Assembly (NCBI GenBank): GCA_963703315.1
Contig: OY969811.1
Location: 4,320,001 to 4,384,000, forward strand
DNA from: an uncultured cyanobacterium
GTDB taxonomy: Bacteria > Cyanobacteriota > Cyanobacteriia > Pseudanabaenales > Pseudanabaenaceae
Length of the DNA stretch: 64,000 nt
Reading direction: 5' to 3'
The translations under genes were made by a program, and so were the position numbers. The notes under the pieces are model-generated. The model saw only the letters and a list, made by a program, of their open reading frames with translations. It was not told the DNA's origin and did no database searches. Below, in pieces: positions 10,029-19,222 of this stretch (position 1 is its first letter; each line of letters starts with the position of its first letter).

Positions 10029-11108
10029 CTATGGTCTACCACCCAACAGATTTTTTTGCCATAGTTCACCCAAAGAGTATTCCTCCAGCCAGTCAGACAG
10101 AGCATTTTCATCAAGACGGCGTAGATGGGTTGCTCCTTCAATGCGATCGCACACAATCACATCAGAGACATCAAACTCGTTAAGTAGTGCTACTGACTGG
10201 GTAGAAACTATGACTTGTTTAGATTTGGCTGTGGAGCGCAGCAATGAAGCCAGAACATTAATGGCATAAGGGTGTAACCCCAACTCTGGCTCATCAATTA
10301 AAATCATTTCAGGTTGTTCATCTTCTGGTTGCATTAACACAGTTGCCAAGCAAATAAACCGCAAAGTCCCATCAGAGAGTTGATAAGCTTTGAAAGGAAT
10401 ATCTTCACCTTTTTCAAACCATTCCAGTTCAATTTGCTCTGGGCTATTAAGACAAGGACGCAGGTTAAAATCACCAAAAAATGGAGCAACTAACTGGATA
10501 GTTTTGACGATTCTTTGATAGTGATTTTGATATTGATCTTTCAGTAAGTAAAGGTAAGCCGCCAGATTTTGAGCATCTGGTCGTAAATAAATATTGTCAT
10601 TAATAGCTTGCCGTTGCTTTACCAGAGCGCTATCGCCAGTGTCATGAAAGTGATAAAGTCGCCAGTTCTTCATCACTGGCACAGTGTAACCGTAGATTCC
10701 TGTCTCACGACCCCTCGTTTCTACCTTAGTCTCAAAATGCCCTTTTCCAATTTTCCAGTTGCCAATTTTTTCCCACCAAAAATTTTCATCAGCAAAAACC
10801 ATGCGATTATCTTGAGTCGGCTCCAACATAAATTTATAGCCATTCCTACCAAAGTAAAGTTCAGAAGCGATCTGTTTAGTTTTTTTTCTCCCAAAATGCA
10901 GTAAAGAGTCTGGACCTCCTTGCTTGCTAACATGAAGTTGTAAATTACTTGTGAGTATTTGCTGTATTAGACGAAATACGGCGATAAAATTTGACTTGCC
11001 AGAGCCATTAGCCCCAATTAATACATTTAGTTCTTTTAATTCCAGATCGCACTCACGGATTGATTTGAACCCTTTCAGTACAATTCTCGATAACTGATCT
11101 TGGTTCAT
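10029..11108 (-). CDS. AAA_21/ABC-type ATPase
   Basis: GANGSGKSN, LSDGT, ILIDEPELGLHP, STQS; C-terminal YSLGELW..NLLGGRP typical of DUF4276-linked ATPases. Confidence 0.9.
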   Translation of the reverse strand: MNQDQLSRIVLKGFKSIRECDLELKELNVLIGANGSGKSNFIAVFRLIQQILTSNLQLHVSKQGGPDSLLHFGRKKTKQIASELYFGRNGYKFMLEPTQDNRMVFADENFWWEKIGNWKIGKGHFETKVETRGRETGIYGYTVPVMKNWRLYHFHDTGDSALVKQRQAINDNIYLRPDAQNLAAYLYLLKDQYQNHYQRIVKTIQLVAPFFGDFNLRPCLNSPEQIELEWFEKGEDIPFKAYQLSDGTLRFICLATVLMQPEDEQPEMILIDEPELGLHPYAINVLASLLRSTAKSKQVIVSTQSVALLNEFDVSDVIVCDRIEGATHLRRLDENALSDWLEEYSLGELWQKNLLGGRP

Positions 11109-11117
11109 GATTATGAC

Positions 11118-11615
11118 CTATGGATACCAAAACATACCTTTAATGCCTTCGGGATCGGCGTTGAAACCTAGCTGGTTGTAAAATTCGACCACATGGGCAT
11201 CGGCGAATAGACTAATGTTACTGATGTCGGATTTGCGTAACTCGCGGATCATTTCTTCCATCATCGCTTTGCCTAAACCCCTGCCTTGAAAATCGGGGTG
11301 AATCACCACATCCCATAATGTCGCGTTAAAGGCGTAGTCAGAGGTAGCACGCGCAAAACCAATTAAACGTCGAAAACCGCCGCGATGCTCCCACATCGAA
11401 AGGACGACAAAGCTATGCTGCAAGGCAATCCGAACTTTACGAATTGGTCGCCTCGCCCACCCCACAGAGTCACATAATTCTTCTAGTTCGTAGAGATCAA
11501 GATCTTTTTCGGTGCTAAAGAAAATTTGTCCGCTTTGGTTTGGCACTTGGCGAAGTTTTGTTTTTTTTGTTGGTTCGAGGGTGTCAGAACCAAATAAGCT
11601 TTTCCAGAACCCCAT
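11118..11615 (-). CDS. GNAT acetyltransferase (Ycf52/NSI-like)
   Basis: [34 protein letters not shown]. Confidence 0.85.
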   Translation of the reverse strand: MGFWKSLFGSDTLEPTKKTKLRQVPNQSGQIFFSTEKDLDLYELEELCDSVGWARRPIRKVRIALQHSFVVLSMWEHRGGFRRLIGFARATSDYAFNATLWDVVIHPDFQGRGLGKAMMEEMIRELRKSDISNISLFADAHVVEFYNQLGFNADPEGIKGMFWYP

Positions 11616-11765
11616 TTGCCTAATTTATATATAGCAGCGATCGCCCTGTTTGTTGTAGACATTCTAAACGCTTTTGTATTGTATCTGCTTTTGTTGAAAT
11701 CAAGCGATCGCAAATACTAAAATGCTGGTATTTCATGATATCGCTATCACTAGTAATTTCAGGGC

Positions 11766-11816
11766 AAAACCCAAAAGAGAGTTGCGGGCTTCGCACCATA
11801 ACTCTCTTTTGGGTTT
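11766..11816. repeat. Degenerate copy of the AAAACCCAAA hairpin element
   Basis: AAACCCAAAAGAGAGTT...AACTCTCTTTTGGGTTT with a decayed GC core. Confidence 0.7.
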
Positions 11817-12076
11817 GTGGCGATCATTAATAGTTAGGTATAGTTGGTCTGATTCAGTCCCGTCTTTATATTGGTAGAATTAGGTCATCATTGCTGCGCC
11901 TTTAACCGAGCCATAGATATTAGATTTTATTTTTAACTCCTGAACCAAGCAATGTTAAATCTGAGCGCACTATTTCAGACATATACACAGACAGATAGAG
12001 AGCCAATATTGGCTCTCTCACCGATCGCGATATTCTGGATGGTGAAATGCGATTGTGAGCGAGCAGGAGGTTGGCA

Positions 12077-12793
12077 ATGACGTTTGGGCTAAAAACCTCA
12101 ACGATCGAGTTACTGAAGCGTTTCAATACTAGCTTTCCACAGTTTTACGAACAATTTGTTAGTAGTGACATTCAACTGCAAAATCTGCGATTGGCTTACC
12201 AGCTTTATCAGACTAAGGAAGCTGTAATTGAGCTGAAGTCTGAAAGCAGCAAGAGTGTGCTTTATTTTGCCTATCGCAATCAGTCTTTTCTGTTAAACGA
12301 TATTTTTGGCGTGTTAGCTGCCTATGGCTTGACAATTCACAGTCTGAGCCTATATGGACAGATCCATACACCAATGTTGGTATTTATTAAGCTGGTGATT
12401 TCTCGCGGCGGTAAGGCTCTGCCCCAAAAGACTGCCGAAAATGTGCGGAAGGCAATCAAGGAGACATTATTGGGGCGCTTTGAGGTCGAGGAGATGCTAG
12501 CGTTGGAGTTTAACCTCGATAGTGGGCTTAAAAAAGTAGAGACTAACTTTTATGTCGATCGCGTGTTTCATTTACCAGCATTGTTAGTGGAGGCAGATAG
12601 CCAACCAGGGTTGTTTTATAAGGTGATGAATGCAATCTGGCAGGAGGATTTGTTGGTGGTGAATGCTAATTTGTTAGTATGGCGCGGGCGGACACGTTTG
12701 ATTTTGTATTTGTTAGGTCCTAATGAAAATTTGATACCTGAATATTTAGGAACAAAAATTGCTGAAAGTCTGAAACAACGTTTGTCAGATTAA
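12077..12793 (+). CDS. Tandem ACT-domain protein (GlnD C-terminal/ACR-like)
   Basis: NQSFLLNDIFGVLAAYGLTI and DSQPGLFYKVMNAIWQEDLLV ACT-like motifs. Confidence 0.6.
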   Translation: MTFGLKTSTIELLKRFNTSFPQFYEQFVSSDIQLQNLRLAYQLYQTKEAVIELKSESSKSVLYFAYRNQSFLLNDIFGVLAAYGLTIHSLSLYGQIHTPMLVFIKLVISRGGKALPQKTAENVRKAIKETLLGRFEVEEMLALEFNLDSGLKKVETNFYVDRVFHLPALLVEADSQPGLFYKVMNAIWQEDLLVVNANLLVWRGRTRLILYLLGPNENLIPEYLGTKIAESLKQRLSD

Positions 12794-12821
12794 CAAAAAT
12801 GGCGCGTTACGCCATTTTTAT

Positions 12822-14249
12822 CTAATTCTTGAGTTGGGCGATCGCCTCATAGAAAGGTTGCCAATCGTCATCAACGGTAATCTTTTCCCAGATTTCCTCA
12901 ATTTTGGGGCGCAAGAAAATGATCGTGGGGTTAGCTTGCTGGAGTTGCTGGGCAATATTGGCTAATTCAGCGATCGGTTGACGGATCAGAAGTTGATGAT
13001 AAACTTCGCGCCATTTCTCTAATAGCGGTAACTGCTCCTCCTTGATTTCCCAATCATGGTTAGCAAAAATGTTACTTACATCTTCGCGCCAATTAAAATG
13101 AAAAGATTGACGCAGATTAACGAAGAATTGGTTATAGCCGATCGCCTGTACTCCTGACAATAATTCTAAAGTTGCGCCGATTAAGTCCTCAGTCTCAGGC
13201 TCGGAGAGGGTAGCAAAACCTAAACGCTTCAGCATCATTTCGCAATAAGCATCGCGATAGAAGTCTTTGAATTTCTGTAATGAAGCTTGCATATCATCTT
13301 TATCCATCACCATGCTGAGGGGATCTTGTAGCTTTTCTAAGTTCCAATAGCAAGCTGCTGGTTGATTGGCATAGCTATAGCGTCCTGCATAGTCAAAATA
13401 AGCCGCCGTAAAACGTGGATCGTAATTGGGAATAAAAGCAAAAGGTCCATAATCAAAACTTTCGCCTGTAATCGACATATTATCGGTATTGAGAACAGCG
13501 TGACAGAAGCCCACTGCCATCCATTGAGCGCAAAGTCTAGCAACTCGTTCCACTAGTTCTAAATAGAAAATTCCATCTTGATTCTCTTTTTCCCAAATAT
13601 GAGGATAGTAAATTTGCAGTACATGATCGAGTAATTTGCGCGTGAGATCATCTCGTCCAATCCAGCGTAGACGCTCGAATGTGCCGAACCGAATATGCGA
13701 TCGCGAAAAGCGCACCATTACCGATGATCTAGTAGGTGAAGGTTCATCACCACGATAGAGTTGTTCCCCTGTTTCGACAAGACTAAGACATCGCGAAGTT
13801 TTCACACCCATACGGTGCAAAGCTTCTGAGGCAATGATTTCCCGCACGCCGCCCTTGAGGGTGAGCCGACCATCGGCAGTACGCGAATAGGGAGTTCTGC
13901 CTGAACCTTTAGTTCCAAAATCATAGAGTTCGCCATCAATGCCGCGCACTTGACCATAGATAAAGCCACGTCCATCACCGAGTTGGGGGTTATATTCACC
14001 AAATTGATAGCCGTGATAGCGGAGGGCGAGGAATGGGCGTACAGCTTGAAAATGTCCAAAGGCTTCGATAAAGTCATCATCGCTAACCTGTGCAGGTGCG
14101 AGTCCTAGAATCGGCAAAATATCATCATTACGCCAACGTAATTTGTGAAGCGGAAATTCGGCGGCGGTCACGACATCGTGATAGTCTGCTAGGGATTCGA
14201 TCGCGGGTTCGTAGTTGAGATTTAGGAAAGGGTTGCTAGAGTGACTCAT
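12822..14249 (-). CDS. selO: Protein adenylyltransferase SelO/YdiU
   Basis: YHGYQFG, LGDGRG, KGSGRTPYSR.ADGR, HAVLNTDNMSI.GESFDYGP. Confidence 0.93.
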   Translation of the reverse strand: MSHSSNPFLNLNYEPAIESLADYHDVVTAAEFPLHKLRWRNDDILPILGLAPAQVSDDDFIEAFGHFQAVRPFLALRYHGYQFGEYNPQLGDGRGFIYGQVRGIDGELYDFGTKGSGRTPYSRTADGRLTLKGGVREIIASEALHRMGVKTSRCLSLVETGEQLYRGDEPSPTRSSVMVRFSRSHIRFGTFERLRWIGRDDLTRKLLDHVLQIYYPHIWEKENQDGIFYLELVERVARLCAQWMAVGFCHAVLNTDNMSITGESFDYGPFAFIPNYDPRFTAAYFDYAGRYSYANQPAACYWNLEKLQDPLSMVMDKDDMQASLQKFKDFYRDAYCEMMLKRLGFATLSEPETEDLIGATLELLSGVQAIGYNQFFVNLRQSFHFNWREDVSNIFANHDWEIKEEQLPLLEKWREVYHQLLIRQPIAELANIAQQLQQANPTIIFLRPKIEEIWEKITVDDDWQPFYEAIAQLKN

Positions 14250-14285
14250 GCTAAAGAAATCAAGAAAATATTAGATGCTTCTGCC

Positions 14286-15893
14286 ATGATACTTGCTTCA
14301 GAGAGCAATCAAGCTGTTAGCTATTGGTATGAGGGAATTTGTCCCTATAGTGGTGATTTGGTAAGGTTGCCTCGCACTTTGGAAATAGAGGCGATCGCTA
14401 AAAATTTAATGCAAGAAATTTCTCTAGCGCAGCCTGATGGATTAGAAGGGAAAATGTATGGGGTGCTATTAGCGGAATCAGCTACAGGAGAAAGATCAAT
14501 TCTCAAAGCTTTTTCGGGTTTGCTCAATGGCAAAAGCCACATTGACGGATGGGTTCCACTGATCGCAGGTCGAGAGAAGGTAGCAATTGAGGAATCAATT
14601 ACTTTAAATAAATTAGCGGTAATTAAGCAGGAACTAATTGATTTAAGTGAGATTCCTGAACGTTGGGAATATGCCAATCAATCCCAAGAATATGAGTTAC
14701 AATTGCAAGCTTTACGCGATCGCCATCAAGTTTCTAAACAGGAAAGGCAAGCTAAGCGATCGCAAAATGATCCAGATTTGGAAGCTCTAGATCGAGAAAG
14801 TCAATTGGAGAAAATTGCAAGGCGCAATTTTAAACGCGATCGCGATTTGGTTCTATCACCTTTGCAAGAATTGATCGCTGAGGCTGACAGCAAAATGCAA
14901 GTTCTCAAAAAGCAGCGTCGTGAATTATCGCGCACTTTGCAAACCCAGATGCATCATGCTTATGTGTTGACTAATTTTGCGGGGGAAACGCGATCGCTAC
15001 GAGAGTTAATTACGGAAGGAGCAATGCCAACGGGGATGGGAGATTGTTGCGCTCCCAAGTTGTTACATTATGCCGCAACTCATAACCTCACACCTTTGGC
15101 AATGGCTGAGTTTTGGTGGGGAAGTCCTTCACCTGATGGTTATAAAATTCAAGGTGAGTTTTATGGTGCTTGTGTAGAAAGGTGTCAGCCATTAATGGGC
15201 TTTTTATTGTCGGGTAGGAGATCCCCCTCAATCCCCCCTACTATTGAAAATTTTGCTTCGCAAAATTTTCAACTCATCTATGAAGATCAGTATCTAATTG
15301 CGATCGCCAAACCTCCCGAACTTCTATCAGTCCCCGGACGATATTTAGATACTCAAGACAGTGTGCTAAGTCGATTACGTCAATATTTCGGCAATCAAAG
15401 AGAACTATATCCAGTGCATCGCCTTGATCGCCAAACTTCAGGGATTTTATTATTTGCCTGTGATTTAGAGTCATTGCGTAGTTTAAGTGACCAATTTCAA
15501 AAAAGAGAAATTCACAAAATCTATGAGGCGTTGCTATCGGGTAAGCTGGAACGTGAAAATGGAACGATTGATTTGCCACTGTGGGGTAATCCTGAAAATC
15601 GCCCCCGTCAACAGGTGGACTATCAACGAGGTAAGCCTAGTGTGACTAAGTTTCGCGTAATAGCACAGGAGGGGAATTATTCGCGAATTGAATTTATCCC
15701 CTTAACAGGACGTACTCATCAATTGCGAGTTCACTCTGCCGATCCACAGGGGGTAGGAATACCGATTTTAGGCGATCGCCTTTATGGTTGTCAGGCTGCT
15801 ACAAGTCGCTTACATCTCCATGCAAGGGACTTAACTTTTAGACATCCGCGATCGCAAGAATTAATCCATTTACAAATACCAGTTCCTTTTTGA
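14286..15893 (+). CDS. RluA-family pseudouridine synthase with long N-terminal extension
   Basis: HRLDRQTSG, TGRTHQLRVH, ILGDRLYG, LHLHA; ~310-aa N-terminal region with a coiled coil and Cys motifs. Confidence 0.9.
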   Translation: MILASESNQAVSYWYEGICPYSGDLVRLPRTLEIEAIAKNLMQEISLAQPDGLEGKMYGVLLAESATGERSILKAFSGLLNGKSHIDGWVPLIAGREKVAIEESITLNKLAVIKQELIDLSEIPERWEYANQSQEYELQLQALRDRHQVSKQERQAKRSQNDPDLEALDRESQLEKIARRNFKRDRDLVLSPLQELIAEADSKMQVLKKQRRELSRTLQTQMHHAYVLTNFAGETRSLRELITEGAMPTGMGDCCAPKLLHYAATHNLTPLAMAEFWWGSPSPDGYKIQGEFYGACVERCQPLMGFLLSGRRSPSIPPTIENFASQNFQLIYEDQYLIAIAKPPELLSVPGRYLDTQDSVLSRLRQYFGNQRELYPVHRLDRQTSGILLFACDLESLRSLSDQFQKREIHKIYEALLSGKLERENGTIDLPLWGNPENRPRQQVDYQRGKPSVTKFRVIAQEGNYSRIEFIPLTGRTHQLRVHSADPQGVGIPILGDRLYGCQAATSRLHLHARDLTFRHPRSQELIHLQIPVPF

Positions 15894-15905
15894 TTTAATT
15901 CTCTA

Positions 15906-16017
15906 TAGCAATACTTGAGTTAGTTAGGACAAATCAAAACCCAAAAGGAGAATGGCGGCGCTTTGCGCCGCCATTCTCCTTTTAGGTTTTATGTCCTCAG
16001 CAAAACTTGCATTGCTA
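15906..16017. mobile_element. 112-bp MITE-like hairpin element (TAGC ends, TA flanks)
   Basis: TA|TAGCAAT...AAAACCCAAAAGGAGAATGGCGGCGC ttt GCGCCGCCATTCTCCTTTT...ATTGCTA|TA. Confidence 0.8.
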
Positions 16018-16081
16018 TATCATGCTAATGTGAAAAGCTCTAGGTTCAATCTTCGATAAATTTATAAATAACAAATAATAT

Positions 16082-16423
16082 ATGTCTGACAATTGGATGG
16101 ATAAGCTCAAGTACGATGAGAAAGGATTGATTCCTGCGATCGCCCAAGATGCGGAAGATGGCACAATTTTGATGATGGCATGGATGAATCGGCAAGCACT
16201 AGAATTAACGGTGTCAACTGGTGAAGTGCATTACTGGAGCCGATCGCGTCAGGAGCTATGGCATAAGGGCGCAACTTCTGGGCATATTCAAAAACTTAAG
16301 AAAATATATTACGACTGCGATCGCGATGTTATCTTAGTCAAAATTGAGCAAATTGGTGATATTGCCTGTCATACAGGTGCAAGAAGTTGTTTCTTTACAG
16401 AAGTACCTCTTACATCCAATTAA
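16082..16423 (+). CDS. hisI: Phosphoribosyl-AMP cyclohydrolase
   Basis: YWSRSRQELWHKGATSG, DCDRD, ACHTGARSCF. Confidence 0.95.
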   Translation: MSDNWMDKLKYDEKGLIPAIAQDAEDGTILMMAWMNRQALELTVSTGEVHYWSRSRQELWHKGATSGHIQKLKKIYYDCDRDVILVKIEQIGDIACHTGARSCFFTEVPLTSN

Positions 16424-16467
16424 AGAGATAGCGGCGCTTTGCGCCGCTATCTCTTTAATTGGATGTA
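16411..16467. repeat. 57-bp perfect palindrome overlapping both hisI and cheA 3' ends
   Basis: TACATCCAATTAAAGAGATAGCGGCGC ttt GCGCCGCTATCTCTTTAATTGGATGTA. Confidence 0.9.
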
Positions 16468-19145
16468 GTTTTTAATTCGATGAGAGCATTCACTTTATTG
16501 ACTAATTCCAATGTCGAGAATCCCTTAGTTAGATAATCAGTCGCGCCCAGACGACTGGTTTCCCTTGACCATTCCTCAGCTAGTCGCGATGAAATTACCA
16601 GAATCGGCATTGAAAAACCTGCTTGACGACAGCGATCAATTAATGTGAATCCATCCATGTGAGGCATCTCAATATCGGTAATTAATAAAGCAGGTTGATT
16701 ATGGCGTTGTAGCCATTGCCAAGCTTCCATGCCATCATCACAAGTGGCGATTTCGTATCCTTGGGGTGATAAGCTGCTCTCAATACGACGACGCATCAAG
16801 GCAGCATCATCTACTACTAAGATTTGCCGATCGCTAGATGGATCTAAGAAAGATTTATTTACTTGAGAACTAGAAGTTATGAGCATCTCCGATGGTGATG
16901 AGCAGAAAGCTTCCACAAAGGAAAGTGCATCAATCACGGGAATAAGCTTCCCATCGGGCATTAAGCTCATCCCAATTAAACCAATCGGAGCTACTAGAGG
17001 CGATGGCATTGGATTAACCAATAAATCACTCTGTCCAATTAGGGTATCTGCAATTAACCAAACTCCGCGATCGCCATTTAGTTTATTTGCTACTTTCTGA
17101 GTACGCACCGCGATCGCTGTCGGTAAGATTGATCTGGTGGCGGTTTGTCCTTGCCAATATTGATAGAGATCGATCGCAGGTACAGTTCCATGATCTTCCT
17201 TCACTTCAATAGTGTAATCAGAACGGTCTGTTTTTTGCCAGAGCAAGCCCTCCACTAACATTGTGGTATAGATTTCGGAGGTAGGTACTGCAAATGTGCG
17301 ATCGCCAGCTTGCAGTAACATACAGCGTACAAATAGATGCGGTACAGGAATTTGGATCGTAAAATTTGTGCCTTTGCCTAGTTGGGAAGCAAGACTCAGT
17401 TTGCCATTCATTAACTCAACTTGGCTAGCGACCACATCCATACCGACACCGCGACCTGAGATGTCGCTGACTGATTTCGCAGAAGTGAAGCCCGACTGAC
17501 AGAGGACATTCAATAATCGCTCGGTGGTACTAGTATCTGTAAGTGGTAATCCCTTTGATTTGGCAATTTGGTTGATGCGATCGGGATCGATTCCCTTTCC
17601 ATCATCGCGAATGCTAAGCTCAAACATACTACCGCGACGTTTTAGAGCTAGTTCCATTTGTCCCTGTATGGATTTACCTAACTTCTCGCGCTCAACCGAG
17701 TCTTCAATCCCATGATCATAGGCATTACGCAGTAAATGCAGCAGAACGGGTTCTAAACTCCGCAACGTACCTGCATCAAGTTCTAATTGTTCCCCAATAA
17801 TCGTCAACTGCACTTGCTTGCCAACACGAGTAATCAAATCTCGCAAAATCCCTCTCGCTCTAAATGCTAAAGTTGCAAAAGGAACGAGACGACTTTCTTC
17901 GATGGTTTGTTGGAGATTGCGTAAACTGCGATCGAGTACTTGAATGCTCTCAGCAGTGCGCCTTGCAGATTCCCCTGTTTCCGAGCCTAATTCAATTAGA
18001 CGTAGACTGATTTCCAATAAACGGTTAATGGCAGTATAGCCTTGACGATAGCGTTCTACTTTTAGTCCATCTTGTTCTCCTGAAGCATCTAGCAAGGCGT
18101 AATCATCTTGGACTTCACGCAGTTGCGTAATATACTGCACACTATTCTGAGCAAGGGATACGAGGGGTAATAAATTAGCATAAACTGATTGATAAAACCC
18201 CTGTGTAGCGCGGGTTGCCATCAAGGTTTCCACCAGATATTGCGACGATCGCTCTAGACGATCAAGAGGTACAGGGATTTGAATGTCTGCCGCCGTAAAA
18301 ATCGGCGCATTAATTGGCGCATTAGTTGAAGACAGGACTTCATTGCTAATACTTGAGGCATCGATCGCTAAAGATGGAACCTGTTCTATCTGAATTTCAA
18401 AAACTCCACCTTGACGAGCGCTGTCTTTGAGCTTTTTGAGAAAGGGCATCCATTCCGACTGCCATAGCTCACAATCAAGGCGATCGCAAAAGTCTCGCCC
18501 TTGCTGTAAAAAGTCTTGCCACTCCGTAGTGAGATTAATTTCTGTACCAATTTCTTGTAACTGAGCAATGGTTTGTTTTGCAATTTCGCAAGTCTCCTCT
18601 GGCACTGTCCCCGTTGGTGGTAACTCCTCGATCGCCATTTCTAAGTCGAGTGTTACTAAGTCAAATCCTTGATCCGCAAATTCCTGTTGGATTTGGCGAA
18701 TTTCATTCCATTCAGGTAAATATTCTGCTTGAATGCGATCGCGCAAAGTTTGAATATACTGCACCGCCGAGTCCGCATCACTAGGTTTCGCCATCTGGGG
18801 ATTAGCAACCTGTACTGTTCCGATCAGTAATTCCCCCGCTTCGATCAAAGCTTTAGATAGTTCGCCATCAGCTAGGGGCGGAGCAACTTCGAGATAGCGC
18901 AGATCAGAAAGTAAATCTTCTAATATTGTCGAAACTTGCAATACGGCTTGAAATCCAACGGTGACCGAGCCACCTTTAATCGTATGCACACAACGATAAA
19001 GTTGCTGGATATCTTCGCGCCAGTTAGCTGCACTTAGCTGATGGACAGTCTGTACATATAATTGCAAATATTTCTGGGTATCTAATTCAAATAGAGTACG
19101 CAGTTCTTCTTGCAGTTGTAAATCATCAAACTCTGAGCTTGCCAT
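16455..19145 (-). CDS. cheA: CheA-like hybrid kinase (Hpt-HATPase-CheW-REC)
   Basis: HTIKGG, HLLRNAYDHG, DDGKGI, SGRGVGMDVV; C-terminal REC (VVDD, ITDIEMP). Confidence 0.93.
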   Translation of the reverse strand: MASSEFDDLQLQEELRTLFELDTQKYLQLYVQTVHQLSAANWREDIQQLYRCVHTIKGGSVTVGFQAVLQVSTILEDLLSDLRYLEVAPPLADGELSKALIEAGELLIGTVQVANPQMAKPSDADSAVQYIQTLRDRIQAEYLPEWNEIRQIQQEFADQGFDLVTLDLEMAIEELPPTGTVPEETCEIAKQTIAQLQEIGTEINLTTEWQDFLQQGRDFCDRLDCELWQSEWMPFLKKLKDSARQGGVFEIQIEQVPSLAIDASSISNEVLSSTNAPINAPIFTAADIQIPVPLDRLERSSQYLVETLMATRATQGFYQSVYANLLPLVSLAQNSVQYITQLREVQDDYALLDASGEQDGLKVERYRQGYTAINRLLEISLRLIELGSETGESARRTAESIQVLDRSLRNLQQTIEESRLVPFATLAFRARGILRDLITRVGKQVQLTIIGEQLELDAGTLRSLEPVLLHLLRNAYDHGIEDSVEREKLGKSIQGQMELALKRRGSMFELSIRDDGKGIDPDRINQIAKSKGLPLTDTSTTERLLNVLCQSGFTSAKSVSDISGRGVGMDVVASQVELMNGKLSLASQLGKGTNFTIQIPVPHLFVRCMLLQAGDRTFAVPTSEIYTTMLVEGLLWQKTDRSDYTIEVKEDHGTVPAIDLYQYWQGQTATRSILPTAIAVRTQKVANKLNGDRGVWLIADTLIGQSDLLVNPMPSPLVAPIGLIGMSLMPDGKLIPVIDALSFVEAFCSSPSEMLITSSSQVNKSFLDPSSDRQILVVDDAALMRRRIESSLSPQGYEIATCDDGMEAWQWLQRHNQPALLITDIEMPHMDGFTLIDRCRQAGFSMPILVISSRLAEEWSRETSRLGATDYLTKGFSTLELVNKVNALIELKTTSN

Positions 19146-19222
19146 TAGTTTTGCGATTAATTGATGTGATCAACTTATGTGATCCATTTATGATTTGCGT
19201 GCGGGGTGATTATTCGCTCAGA

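Noticed and set aside
15220..15242. TCCCCCTCAATCCCCCCT repeat remnant in the rluA linker
   Set aside because: Too short, with no partner arm or second copy in the window.
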